NCBI GenBank assembly: GCA_965214775.1
Contig: OZ243974.1
Coordinates: forward strand, 2,176,001-2,240,000
Length of the DNA: 64,000 bases
Reading direction: 5' to 3'
DNA from: Nitrosopumilus sp.
GTDB lineage: Archaea; Thermoproteota; Nitrososphaeria; Nitrososphaerales; Nitrosopumilaceae
Shown: one piece after another, positions 1 to 9,690 of the stretch
Layout of the letters: each line of letters starts with the position of its first letter
Position numbering within the stretch: position 1 is the stretch's first letter
Notes under the pieces: generated by a model
The model's database searches: none
Seen by the model: the letters and a program-made list of their open reading frames with translations, nothing else
Told to the model about the DNA's origin: nothing
Translations under genes and position numbers: made by a program

Positions 1-2
1 AC

Positions 3-1745
3 TAGACCTTATGCATAAACGAAATTAGTGGCGATGCCCACCGCACCCATGCTAAAAAGCGGGTGCGGCAGGGGCCGGCGCACCCGTGATTGTGCCTCAC
101 AACATTGAAAATATTTGATCAAAGCCGTAACTATTTTCAGTCGGTTGATTTAGATCCGGGATCCATCCCCACACAAGGGTGATGTCAGAGTACAAGGACG
201 AGCTGATACGACGGCTAAGGAAGAGAATCGAGCAGGACGAGAAGGAGAAGGCGCTGTACAAAAAGAGGATCAGAGAGTATGAGAAGAGGAGCATGCAGGA
301 TGATGTGAAGAAGATACAGGACAAAAAGAAGATCAAGAGATACGAGAAGAGGATCAAAAAGGACAGGAAGGAGAAGGCGCTGTACAGGAAGGAGGGGATG
401 CAATACAGGAAGGAGATCAGAGAGTACGATAAGAAGAGCAGGCAGGATGACAAAAGACACGAGCAGGATCAGATCAAGATAGGGCAGCTGGAGCAGCAGC
501 TGGACTTTGAGCGCAGGATGTGGTCTGCAACCTGGGAGGACGGCAGGCGCTCCACAGACAACGCCGCGTTCATGCACAGGCTCGAGGTGCTCGATGACAT
601 AATAGACGGCGGATCCCTGCAGCCCACCACGTCGATGAACCGCCGCCAGTTTGACTATATATCCGACCGGTTTACAAAGCTTGCCAAAAAGCACACAGAA
701 GGCCCCCTGTTCTCAGAAGACGAGGACAACTTTCCCGGAAACCGGTGCAAGCTGTCCTACCGCCACGCCCTGCTGATGTCGCTGATGCGCAAGTACGGAA
801 ACCCGACACAGGAGCAGCTTGCGGCATTCTTTGGCATAGACCAGAGCACCGTATGCAGGTACCTCAGGTATTGCGATATGATATTTCTCAAGATGTTGCC
901 CACGCCGAATGCCGTGTCCCGGAGGATACGAAACACCCGTACGATCGAGGAGCTCAAGGGGTTGGTCCCCGACCTGGCCGTGATTGTAGACGGCACACAC
1001 ATCGACATACAGCGCCCCACAGACAAGGAGCCAAGAAAGGAGGCATACTCGGGCAAGAAGAAGAGCTTTACGCGCAACGTCCAGGTGCTGGCCAGCAAGA
1101 GTGGGCTGACGTTGTATGCAAGCGAGTCGTCACCGGGAAGCGCGCACGACCTCACCATGATAAGGGACAACCCACCGGATCTGGGAATCCTGACTGCCAG
1201 GATGCGCAGCAACAGAAAGCACCCCGAAAAAGAGAAGGTAAAGCTGCTCTCTGACCTGGGATACGTGGGAATCAAGGAACTGTACCCCGGGGCCATATCC
1301 ATGCAGCCCCACAAGAAGCCAAGAGGGGGCAAGCTTACAAGAAAACAGAAGGCGCACAACAGGAGGATAAGCAGCAAGAGGGTGACAGTAGAGCACGCCA
1401 TAGGGGGCATCAAACGGTACAAGCGGATGCGTGATCCGTACGATGGGGCGGCCGAGGAGTTTGACCGGGAGTTCCAGGTGACAGCCGGGCTTGCCAACTT
1501 TAGGCTGCTGTGGGACAAGCCGAACAAGAAGCTCATGCATGGGTTCTGATATCGCGGTACGGAGCGCATTGCGGCGCCACACGATGCCGCACGACATTGC
1601 AGTTTTTACCAGCTAGACGGGCCTGCAGCTGCACGGTACGCGGACTCTGCCACCTTCATACGCGTCATCTGATGCTATTTACTTTGCATGCACGGTAGAC
1701 TTTCAATCGGAATGTCTCGATCCGGTCGATTACGCATAAGGTCTA
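3..1745 (+). mobile_element. IS5-family (ISL2/IS702-like) insertion sequence
   Basis: Terminal inverted repeats TAGACCTTATGC(A/G)TAA at 3-18 and ATTACGCATAAGGTCTA at 1729-1745 enclose one DDE transposase gene. Confidence 0.85.
179..1549 (+). CDS. DDE transposase (DDE_Tnp_4-like with HTH) with charged, repetitive N-terminal extension
   Basis: HTH LAAFFGIDQSTVCR; motifs IVDGTHI, YSGKKK, GSAHD, SDLGY, RVTVEHAIGGIK. Confidence 0.9.
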   Translation: MMSEYKDELIRRLRKRIEQDEKEKALYKKRIREYEKRSMQDDVKKIQDKKKIKRYEKRIKKDRKEKALYRKEGMQYRKEIREYDKKSRQDDKRHEQDQIKIGQLEQQLDFERRMWSATWEDGRRSTDNAAFMHRLEVLDDIIDGGSLQPTTSMNRRQFDYISDRFTKLAKKHTEGPLFSEDEDNFPGNRCKLSYRHALLMSLMRKYGNPTQEQLAAFFGIDQSTVCRYLRYCDMIFLKMLPTPNAVSRRIRNTRTIEELKGLVPDLAVIVDGTHIDIQRPTDKEPRKEAYSGKKKSFTRNVQVLASKSGLTLYASESSPGSAHDLTMIRDNPPDLGILTARMRSNRKHPEKEKVKLLSDLGYVGIKELYPGAISMQPHKKPRGGKLTRKQKAHNRRISSKRVTVEHAIGGIKRYKRMRDPYDGAAEEFDREFQVTAGLANFRLLWDKPNKKLMHGF

Positions 1746-1817
1746 CTGTTTGTATTCCGTATGTCTTCTTAGTGTGTGAATTGGGAATTCCTGTCTGTGT
1801 GTTCAAGATATCGTTTT

Positions 1818-2923
1818 TAGCAACGGTCACAAGTAATTGAGGGCTTTGACCGGCGATCTGTAAATGTACTTGTACATGCAAAGGTGGGCAAACGACACCG
1901 TCCTGTAGTACTCGGATATGGCATGCCGTAGCTCGCTGATTTTCCTGTACACTATCCCCCTGAAAACGACAGGCTTGCCTAGGTTCCAGCATTCTTCCAC
2001 GATATTGAGGTACGGCGATCCCTTCGGGATCATTATCAGCCTGATGTCGGGATGACCTGCCAGATATTCTGCGACGTCAATAGATCTGTGCACACTCCAC
2101 CTGTCGCAAAAGACGGCAACCTTGCCAAACTTGGCGCGCAACGCCTCCAGACATTGTATGAACTGCACTGACCTAAACGATCCCGTAAACGTCCTGAACA
2201 GCCTTCTGCCGTCTTCTGCGATGCTTCCAAACACGGCCACCTTTGTGTGGTCCCCCGAATACGATGCCACGCTTCTGGTGCCGACCGGACCCCACACGTA
2301 TCTGTCATATGCGCCCTGCACGAAGAACGCCTCATCAGATGACACCAGCGTAAAACCCTCTCTTTTCAGGCACGGAATACGCACGTTTTCAAGATACCAC
2401 TGCCACGAGTATACCGAGCTTGGGGTGGCATGGTTGACATGTATGTTTTGCACCTTGCGGCGCGACAGGCCATGCTGGCGCATCATTCTCCGGACATGTT
2501 CTATGCTGTATTCTGTCCCGGTGGCATCCCTTATGTCATCGCGTACCGTCATGACATCGGTACTTTTGCATGCAGTAGACAGATCCATTATGGCTGCAAT
2601 ACTTTTCCTGTCCACCTTTGGCCTGCATCCGGAACGGGGAAGATCCCGGAGACCGTCTATGCCGCCCTCCGAAAACCTCGCCAGCCAGTTACGCACGGAA
2701 TTCTCACTGCACCGGATCTTTCTTGCAGTCTCGGGTACGCCCATGTCGTCTTCTAGCACAAACATCAGCGCCATGATCTTCTTGTAGACTTTGGCATCCT
2801 TTTCTTTGCGCATGGCCTCTGACAGGATGTCTGTTTCTTTTGCCATACATACTGCGCCAGTTACGTGATCATTATACTTTTCGAATGACCTTGTTTTGGC
2901 TCAAAGACTTATGCTCGTTGCTA
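1818..2923 (-). mobile_element. IS630-family element, copy 1 (IS630-B)
   Basis: Ends TAGCAAC...GTTGCTA; near-identical to 23932-25039. Confidence 0.9.
1827..2846 (-). CDS. IS630-family transposase
   Basis: HTH plus LRDLPRSG, SDEA, CDRWSVH, SPYLNIVEECW motifs. Confidence 0.9.
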   Translation of the reverse strand: MAKETDILSEAMRKEKDAKVYKKIMALMFVLEDDMGVPETARKIRCSENSVRNWLARFSEGGIDGLRDLPRSGCRPKVDRKSIAAIMDLSTACKSTDVMTVRDDIRDATGTEYSIEHVRRMMRQHGLSRRKVQNIHVNHATPSSVYSWQWYLENVRIPCLKREGFTLVSSDEAFFVQGAYDRYVWGPVGTRSVASYSGDHTKVAVFGSIAEDGRRLFRTFTGSFRSVQFIQCLEALRAKFGKVAVFCDRWSVHRSIDVAEYLAGHPDIRLIMIPKGSPYLNIVEECWNLGKPVVFRGIVYRKISELRHAISEYYRTVSFAHLCMYKYIYRSPVKALNYL

Positions 2924-2924
2924 T

Positions 2925-3659
2925 ACTGACAAGGGAAAGATAAGGGCGCAATTCCTCGTTTGGTCTGCTGGTGAATTCCAGTATCCAAAAAACAATTCAT
3001 TTCCAGGATCAAGGCATTGCATTCACAACAGTTTGATTACCGATTGGGATGAAGTTCAGGGGGATGAATTTTTTGTTATTGGAGGCTATGAAAGCGGTAT
3101 GGACACCGCAATTAATTTGTCTGAACGGAGTAAACGAGTAACAATAATCGACAAGGAAAACCTGCTTGAGAGCAAAGACATAGATCCTAGCAGAACCATA
3201 TCCCCATACACAAAAGACAGACTAAGAAGAGCCAACTCTAGGAACACGATTGGATTTCATCCTGGAAGAGTTACCAAAGTTGAAAAGAACCAAAATGAAT
3301 TTGTAATTCATCTTCAAAAGAAGAAGAAGATTCGATCAAAGACAAAACCAATCCTAGCTACAGGATTTGCAGGGAGTCTCTCATTGATCAAAAACCTGTT
3401 TTACTGGAAGGAGGGAAAAGCACAACTAAACACGTATGACGAATCTACAAAAACTCCGGGATTGTACGTAACGGGGCCGTTGCTGCAACAACACAACATG
3501 ATTTTCTGTTTTATTTACAAATTTCAGCAGAGATTTGCCGTAGTCGCAAATCATATCGGGATAAAATTAAGCAAGGACACATCAATAATCGAAGGATACA
3601 AAAAAGAAGGGATGTATCTTGATGATTTGAATGGCATCGAGGATAAACGTGCATGCTAA
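2925..3659 (+). pseudogene. 5'-truncated NAD(P)/FAD-dependent oxidoreductase
   Basis: Frame stays open back to the IS630 end (TDKGKIRAQFLVWSAGEFQYP); VIGGYESGMD, ILATGF and CFIYKF motifs present; N-terminal FAD-binding motif missing. Confidence 0.7.
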
Positions 3660-3719
3660 AAAGATCAAAATCCGAAATGAACGGGTAAAAACTATTAATC
3701 CCATAACTAAGAAGTTAAG

Positions 3720-4436
3720 GTGTTGTTTCCAAGGATTAGAATCAAAGAGCTAAAACCAATCAGCCTGGAAAACGGGTATCTGATTGACGGATTTCCATCA
3801 GTGGGGTTTAGCAGTGCAATTGCAACTGAATCCATGATTCACACATCGCAGTTTGAACAAGTGGGGATTATCGATTCAGATGTTTTTCCTCCAATCAGCG
3901 TAATAAAAGATGAAAAACCAAACTATCCGACTAGAATCTTTGCCAACGAAGAGCTGAAAATCGGAGTCTTTCTGTCCTATTTGACCCTAGATCAATCATT
4001 GCACAGAACCGCATCAAGGGCCATGTTAAAGTGGGCAAAGAAGCACAAAATCGGATTAATTGTAAGCAGCGTTGCAATAAAATCGCCTGATGGAAATGAG
4101 AAGATGATGGGAATTGGAAGTACAGATGCTGCAAGACAAAAGGTAATGGATGCAGGACTAAAAGTTTTAGAGCATGGAACCGTCCCTGGAATTCCTGGGG
4201 TGCTGTTAAATGAAGGCAGTCTAAGCGGCCAAGATGTAATTGTGATAATTTTTCATACAAATGGGAGTGGTCCGGATTTCAAATCCAGTGCACAACTCTG
4301 TATTGCAATGTCTAAATTGATTCCCGGAGCATCGTGTAATGTTTCATCATTACAACAAGAAGCAGAGAAAGCCGAGGCAGTAATCAAAGAAACTGAGGAA
4401 GAATCAAGGCATCTCAAAGATTCAATGTACAGGTAA
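3720..4436 (+). CDS. PAC2-family proteasome assembly chaperone
   Basis: LIDGFPSVG start, FPPIS, GPDF motifs. Confidence 0.8.
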   Translation: MLFPRIRIKELKPISLENGYLIDGFPSVGFSSAIATESMIHTSQFEQVGIIDSDVFPPISVIKDEKPNYPTRIFANEELKIGVFLSYLTLDQSLHRTASRAMLKWAKKHKIGLIVSSVAIKSPDGNEKMMGIGSTDAARQKVMDAGLKVLEHGTVPGIPGVLLNEGSLSGQDVIVIIFHTNGSGPDFKSSAQLCIAMSKLIPGASCNVSSLQQEAEKAEAVIKETEEESRHLKDSMYR

Positions 4437-4480
4437 TTCCAAGCTTTATTTCACAACAAAACATCACAAAAGTGAGATAA

Positions 4481-5110
4481 TTGATTCAACCTTTTGAATT
4501 TGCATTAATTGTGATTGGGGTTTCAGCTTCAGGAGTAATGGCACCAGGTCCGCTTTTTGCAGCAAATATTGCTTATGGATTGAGACAGGGAGCTCAAACA
4601 GGAATCAGGATGGCCACAGGTCATACAATTGTGGAATTGCCGTTAGTTATTTTGCTGGGAATTGGAGTTTTCTCAGTCGAAACACTGCCAGAATTTAGAA
4701 CAGTAATTTCGATTTTGGGTGCCGTCACAATATTTGTATTTGCAGGACTGCAGATTAGGACTGTTTTCAAAAATAACGCAGTTTGCAGCGGCACTTCCCC
4801 CAGAGATCCGCTTGTTACGGGAATCGTATTTAGTGCGTTAAACCCGTTTTTCATAATTTGGTGGCTTACAATTGGTTTCAAACTCATATCAGACGCGATG
4901 CTGATCTGGGCATTTGGAGGGGTGTTGATAATGTTTGCATTACATATTTGGATGGATTTTGCTTGGCTGGGAGCAGTTTCACTTTTAGCATCTAGGGGTA
5001 GGAATATTCTTTCTAACAGAAACTACAAAATAGTGATGATTGGATTAAGTGTGATGCTAATTTATTTTGGAATTACCTTTTTGAAGGGTGTGGATTTATC
5101 CGCAATCTAA
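4481..5110 (+). CDS. LysE-family translocator
   Basis: APGP motif, ALNP-WW motif, multiple transmembrane helices. Confidence 0.85.
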   Translation: MIQPFEFALIVIGVSASGVMAPGPLFAANIAYGLRQGAQTGIRMATGHTIVELPLVILLGIGVFSVETLPEFRTVISILGAVTIFVFAGLQIRTVFKNNAVCSGTSPRDPLVTGIVFSALNPFFIIWWLTIGFKLISDAMLIWAFGGVLIMFALHIWMDFAWLGAVSLLASRGRNILSNRNYKIVMIGLSVMLIYFGITFLKGVDLSAI

Positions 5111-5368
5111 AATTTCTATCTTGGGTTCACACGTTTCATTAAAGGTATCAATTTGCTCAATTATCTCTTCACAAAATTCAGGATCCAGTGTTTTTTCATA
5201 TGATTTGATTCGGGAGGTAATCTGAATATGGGATATGCCACATGAATCATCAGAATAAATAACTATGATTAATGCCGATGAAGAAACAAAGCCAATAATG
5301 ATAAAGTATTTTAAATTAGCTTTTTGATATATCAATTTCCATTCTTGAAACATTACGCTGTTTTCCAT
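5096..5368 (-). CDS. Small membrane-anchored Cys-containing hypothetical protein (start uncertain)
   Basis: One hydrophobic helix followed by DPEFC...FNETC...ILDCG. Confidence 0.5.
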   Translation of the reverse strand: MENSVMFQEWKLIYQKANLKYFIIIGFVSSSALIIVIYSDDSCGISHIQITSRIKSYEKTLDPEFCEEIIEQIDTFNETCEPKIEILDCG

Positions 5369-6239
5369 CCTGAGATGTTAGAGAATCAGATGATATTCTA
5401 ACATCACTAACAACATAACCGACAGAATCCATTCGTTTAACAATCATCTGGGAAACATCAACGGCCTGAGTTATTCGTTTTCCTCTGGCTTTTATTGTCA
5501 CCGTTGATCTTGTAGAAAGTTGTGTTAATGTGGCAGACACGTAAGTCATGATAGGTTTAGTTCCAACAAAGATCACATCACGTTCTTCAGCAGGTTTGGG
5601 TTCATCATTTTGTTCCTGCATCACTTCAGGTTCCTGTGCAGGTTCCTGCATCACTTCAGGTTCCTGTGCAGGTTCCTGCATCACTTCAGGTTCCTGTGCA
5701 GGTTCCTGCATCACTTCAGGTTCCTGTGCAGGTTCCTGCATCACTTCAGGTTCCTGTGCAGGTTCCTGCATCACTTCAGGTTCCTGTGCAGGTTCCTGCA
5801 TCACTTCAGGTTCCTGTGCAGGTTCCTGCATCACTTCAGGTTCCTGTGCAGGTTCCTGCATCACTTCAGGTTCCTGTGCAGGTTCCTGCATCACTTCAGG
5901 TTCCTGTGCAGGTTCCTGCATCACTTCAGGTTCCTGTGCAGGTTCCTGCATCACTTCAGGTTCCTGTGCAGGTTCCTGCATCACTTCAGGTTCCTGTGCA
6001 GGTTCCTGCATCACTTCAGGTTCCTGTGCAGGTTCCTGCATCACTTCAGGTTCCTGTGCAGGTTCCTGCATCACTTCAGGTTCCTGTGCAGGTTCCTGCA
6101 TCACTTCAGGTTCCTGTGCAGGTTCCTGCATCACTTCAGGTTCCTGTGCAGGTTCAGATTCAGATTCTGTTTTTTTGGTTCTTGAATCAAATTCTGATAA
6201 AATATCTTCTGCATCTTTGGATTTTTTTGGATCACTCAA
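5316..6239 (-). CDS. albA: Alba DNA/RNA-binding protein with long acidic repeat N-terminus
   Basis: C-terminal Alba domain [12 protein letters not shown]...[14 protein letters not shown]...RNVSRMEI. Confidence 0.85.
   Translation of the reverse strand: MSDPKKSKDAEDILSEFDSRTKKTESESEPAQEPEVMQEPAQEPEVMQEPAQEPEVMQEPAQEPEVMQEPAQEPEVMQEPAQEPEVMQEPAQEPEVMQEPAQEPEVMQEPAQEPEVMQEPAQEPEVMQEPAQEPEVMQEPAQEPEVMQEPAQEPEVMQEPAQEPEVMQEPAQEPEVMQEPAQEPEVMQEPAQEPEVMQEPAQEPEVMQEQNDEPKPAEERDVIFVGTKPIMTYVSATLTQLSTRSTVTIKARGKRITQAVDVSQMIVKRMDSVGYVVSDVRISSDSLTSQDGKQRNVSRMEIDISKS
5612..6155. repeat. Tandem array of 18 x 30-bp units (GGTTCCTGCATCACTTCAGGTTCCTGTGCA; encodes [10 protein letters not shown])
   Basis: Directly visible; units identical apart from the first base of the first unit, no spacers. 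Confidence 0.98.
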
Positions 6240-6278
6240 TTTTAATTCCTTTTATAACAAATCTTCTCTCACTTTTAT

Positions 6279-6527
6279 TTAATTATTGATGTTACGATCT
6301 TTCAAATAATCTTCAAAAATTTTTTCTAACTCCTCGTTGCTTTGGCATTTTTTGATTTCATCAACAAGAGACTTTTCTTCAATCTCGTAACAGTTAAGCA
6401 AATCTTGAGAGTCTTTGAAAACCAAAATTGCCTTGTTTTTGAAAATACAGTGATAGAGAGTCTCTTTTTCCATCAATTCTGGTCTCATATTTACCCCGTT
6501 TTCATCAGATGATACGGGAGAATCCAT
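6279..6527 (-). CDS. Hypothetical protein
   Basis: 82-aa ORF with host-like composition. Confidence 0.6.
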   Translation of the reverse strand: MDSPVSSDENGVNMRPELMEKETLYHCIFKNKAILVFKDSQDLLNCYEIEEKSLVDEIKKCQSNEELEKIFEDYLKDRNINN

Positions 6528-6599
6528 AAAGTTAGAGAATCTGTTGATTATTTAGATGATTCACAATATTGTAATACCATTCAAGGAAAAAGAGCAGTA

Positions 6600-7694
6600 T
6601 TGGAAACAAGAATAGTTTTCCACATTGATTTTGATTACTTTTACGCACAATGCGAAGAGATCAGATCACCTGAACTAAAATCAAAACCTGTCTGTGTATG
6701 TGTTTTCTCAGATAGGGGGGGAGACAGCGGGGCGATTGCAACTGCCAACTATACTGCAAGAAAATTTGGAGTCAAATCAGGAATTCCCATCACGTTTGCC
6801 AAAAAAAGATTAGAAGACCAAAAGGATGCAGTTTTTCTTCCTGTGGATTTTGATTACTATGGAGCAATGTCCGAAAAAGCAATGAATGTCATGAAAGAAT
6901 GTGCAGATATTTTTGAATATGTGGGAAAAGATGAAGCATATCTTGACGTTACAAGCAGAGTAGAAGGAAGTTTTGAGAAAGCAAGTCATCTTGGGCAGCA
7001 AATCAAAAATTCAATCAGAGAAAAAACTAAACTTAGCTGTTCAATTGGAATTTCACCAAACAAATTAATTTCAAAAATCGCATCGGATTTTCAAAAACCA
7101 GACGGACTGACAGTTGTCTTGCCAGATAAAACAGATGAGTTTTTAGAACAGCTACAAATCAGGACAATTCCAGGAATCGGAAAGAAAACAGAGAAAAAAT
7201 TTTCTGAAATGAATCTTGAAACGATAAACGATGTAAAAAATCTAGACGTATTTACCTTGAATAAGGAATTTGGAAGAAAAAGTGGAACATACATCTACAA
7301 TGCAGTAAGAGGAATAGATACTGAACCTGTTAAAGAAAGAGAGGCAAGCATTCAGTACAGCAAAATCATGACACTGAAAAAAGACTCAAAAGACTATGAT
7401 TTTTTATCTGAAAGTTTAGATGATCTTTGCAACAAAGTATACGAAACTGTAAAGAAAAACCATAGAATGTTCAAATCAGTGGGAATACACTTTGTTCAGT
7501 CAGATTTATCTAGCAAATCAAAATCCAAAATGCTAAGAAATCCTACGCTGAATCTAGAAGAATTGAAAAAAACAGCTGATCTGTTGCTTAGAGAAGCACT
7601 TGAGGATCAGACAAATACAATTCGACGTTTAGGTGTTAAAGTCGCAGAATTATCAGAAATTCAAGGCCAGAGTGACATTACCAGTTATTTTTAA
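6600..7694 (+). CDS. dinB: Y-family DNA polymerase IV (DinB/Dpo4)
   Basis: HIDFDYFYAQ, ANYTARKFGVKSG, DEAYLD, KIASDFQKPDG, IPGIGKKT. Confidence 0.95.
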   Translation: METRIVFHIDFDYFYAQCEEIRSPELKSKPVCVCVFSDRGGDSGAIATANYTARKFGVKSGIPITFAKKRLEDQKDAVFLPVDFDYYGAMSEKAMNVMKECADIFEYVGKDEAYLDVTSRVEGSFEKASHLGQQIKNSIREKTKLSCSIGISPNKLISKIASDFQKPDGLTVVLPDKTDEFLEQLQIRTIPGIGKKTEKKFSEMNLETINDVKNLDVFTLNKEFGRKSGTYIYNAVRGIDTEPVKEREASIQYSKIMTLKKDSKDYDFLSESLDDLCNKVYETVKKNHRMFKSVGIHFVQSDLSSKSKSKMLRNPTLNLEELKKTADLLLREALEDQTNTIRRLGVKVAELSEIQGQSDITSYF

Positions 7695-7697
7695 AAA

Positions 7698-8615
7698 TCA
7701 CTGCTCGGCTTTCTTTAATCGTCTGGATTCTATGATGGTTACTACCAGTATGAACGCAAACATCCAAGGCAAGAACATGATTTCACCTGCAATTTTATGA
7801 TATTCTTCCCACGCTACAGGATCAGTCGTTACTTTTAGAGCATACCATGAAAGTGAGAAAACCCTGATTAGGTTCACAATAATTGTCCCTATGATTCCTA
7901 AAACAAAGTAAATGGCCTTTCTTTTTCTTGGAATATTCATTTTCAGCATAAATGCGCCAATTACCAAAGAGAAGATAACAATACTGTGAACCCCGGCTGA
8001 TGGCCAGAATACCTGTAATGCCATTGAGCCATGATCTCCACGCAAGAACATCACATTGTCTCGAGCTACGGCAGTTCCAAGATCAAGAACGGTAATCGCC
8101 CAGACGTTTGCCTGTACAAAGTATGGAACAATGTATTGTAACGGGCCTAGCGTATCATATGGGAAAAACGCATCAAGCGAAAGTATGATTGCAGTTCCTG
8201 ACAAGAAAATTGGGCCGGCAGGGGAAATTCTTATCCATCGTCTTCCAAAGAAAATACTTAGTGCAGCAACAATGAAGATTGTCATTACTACAAAGTCCCA
8301 CATCCATGTCCATGAATAGATGAGTTGAACATCAAACTGTTCGGCAGATTCTATAATGTAGTCTCTCAATCCGTATTCTAAAGAGATCAGATAACCAATG
8401 GTTGCAACAACTAATGGAACAACTGCAAGTAAGCGTTTTTTAGAAATTACGATTTTCAAGCCGATTAATTCCGCCACTACGAACACAAGAGCAAAAAGAT
8501 AGCCTCCACGTCCTTCATTCCAACTCCAAGTAACGGAATCAGGAAAAACAATCATGGAAAACAAGATAGGGCTAGAAATTATTGCAATGCCTGCAAATAG
8601 ATTCTTGTTCTGCAC
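7698..8615 (-). CDS. Thaumarchaeosortase (exosortase/archaeosortase family); probable GTG start at 8615
   Basis: Multi-TM protein; WPSAGVHS (Ser at the catalytic Cys position), NLIRV and EYH motifs. Confidence 0.85.
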   Translation of the reverse strand: MQNKNLFAGIAIISSPILFSMIVFPDSVTWSWNEGRGGYLFALVFVVAELIGLKIVISKKRLLAVVPLVVATIGYLISLEYGLRDYIIESAEQFDVQLIYSWTWMWDFVVMTIFIVAALSIFFGRRWIRISPAGPIFLSGTAIILSLDAFFPYDTLGPLQYIVPYFVQANVWAITVLDLGTAVARDNVMFLRGDHGSMALQVFWPSAGVHSIVIFSLVIGAFMLKMNIPRKRKAIYFVLGIIGTIIVNLIRVFSLSWYALKVTTDPVAWEEYHKIAGEIMFLPWMFAFILVVTIIESRRLKKAEQ

Positions 8616-8699
8616 GCTGTAACCTAAAAAACGGTAAATAAATACCTCTATGATTAGTGTCAAAAATTCATCTTGACTTGTGACAAACAAGAAGCGATG

Positions 8700-8807
8700 C
8701 TAATCTTCTGCATCCTCAATTTCGTCGTAGTCTGGATCTCTTCTGCTTGGTCTTATTGGAACATAGATGAATGTCACAAATAAAGTCACACAAACTACAA
8801 AATACAT
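8700..8807 (-). CDS. Possible 35-aa membrane peptide (MYFVVCVTLFVTFIYVPIRPSRRDPDYDEIEDAED) or gene remnant
   Basis: Manual translation; hydrophobic N-terminus and acidic tail. Confidence 0.3.
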   Translation of the reverse strand: MYFVVCVTLFVTFIYVPIRPSRRDPDYDEIEDAED

Positions 8808-8817
8808 TTCATGGTCG

Positions 8818-8862
8818 CAAAAGTTTGTCCTTTTTGTGTATTATTAGTAGCTATGGATACTA
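8818..8862. mobile_element. Isolated IS630-C-like terminal remnant
   Basis: TTGTCCTTTTTGTG...TAG...GGATACTACG aligns with 26731-26770. Confidence 0.6.
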
Positions 8863-8869
8863 CGTTATC

Positions 8870-9481
8870 TCAGCGCCTGTCTGCATCCCTGAGAAAGTCT
8901 GCCATATGCGTGTCTGCCATCAGCGCCGCGTTCTGGGGACCGATCTTACCATTCTTGTACAGATGTGTTGCGAGTCTTCTACGGGCGGACATCAGATCCT
9001 CGTATGCAGAGGATTGCTTATCGAACCCGGCCATGTATGGATAATAACGTAACACTATGTCCATGATATATGCCTCGGGCATCATGTCTACCGTCCCGAC
9101 AAGGTCGTTGATCCTCCAGACCTCCCATTTCTCGCAATCCTTCTTTACGATCTTGTGTGCCTTTTTCCCGTCCTCGGTAAGCTCGAACACGCCGGATCTT
9201 GCCCTTACTAGGCCCATGCGCGCAAGCTTCCTCCCCTCGGCCTTCATCTCCCCATCCTCTGCCTTGAAGGAGCGTATCCAGCCGGGTATCTTGGAGGCAT
9301 AAGGCTCATTGTCTGCATCTGAGGACAAGCCGAGCATGACATCGGCACTGCGACCCTCCATCAGATACCTGAGACCCAACATCATGTCGAACTCCTTCTC
9401 GCCTATGATCATCAGGGCGGTCCTCTCAGCCTCACTCATATCTATAGTCAGATCCATGTCCTCATCCTCCCCTGCCGTCAT
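8870..9481 (-). CDS. Antitoxin-like protein: winged helix plus UPF0175-like C-terminal HTH
   Basis: LARMGLV..FELTEDGKK wing, YYP motif, C-terminal LATHLYKNGKIGPQNAALMA. Confidence 0.55.
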   Translation of the reverse strand: MTAGEDEDMDLTIDMSEAERTALMIIGEKEFDMMLGLRYLMEGRSADVMLGLSSDADNEPYASKIPGWIRSFKAEDGEMKAEGRKLARMGLVRARSGVFELTEDGKKAHKIVKKDCEKWEVWRINDLVGTVDMMPEAYIMDIVLRYYPYMAGFDKQSSAYEDLMSARRRLATHLYKNGKIGPQNAALMADTHMADFLRDADRR

Positions 9482-9690
9482 AACATTCCGTTGGCTGCAA
9501 TACTACATTAATGATTTTGTGATGCCAGATGATCCCGTGATGTCACCCACTCCCCTCAGATGTCACTGCCTGCTGCTGCTCAAACAAAGAAATCCTCATA
9601 CCGATCCTTGGAGCATCTAGGTACATACGTTTTGTGATCAAGTCACCACCATCTCCTCCACCGTCGTCTCCTCCTCCTCATGCAGGTCAT

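Noticed and set aside
5612-6155. 30-bp repeat array as a CRISPR
   Set aside because: Units are contiguous without spacers, lie in frame within Alba, and no cas genes are present
5548-6289. Plus-strand repetitive ORFs ([30 protein letters not shown])
   Set aside because: Artefacts of a stop-free 30-bp unit; only the minus frame joins a real domain
7698-8615. Ser in place of the catalytic Cys in the sortase as a novelty or pseudogene sign
   Set aside because: This substitution is a described property of the thaumarchaeosortase family
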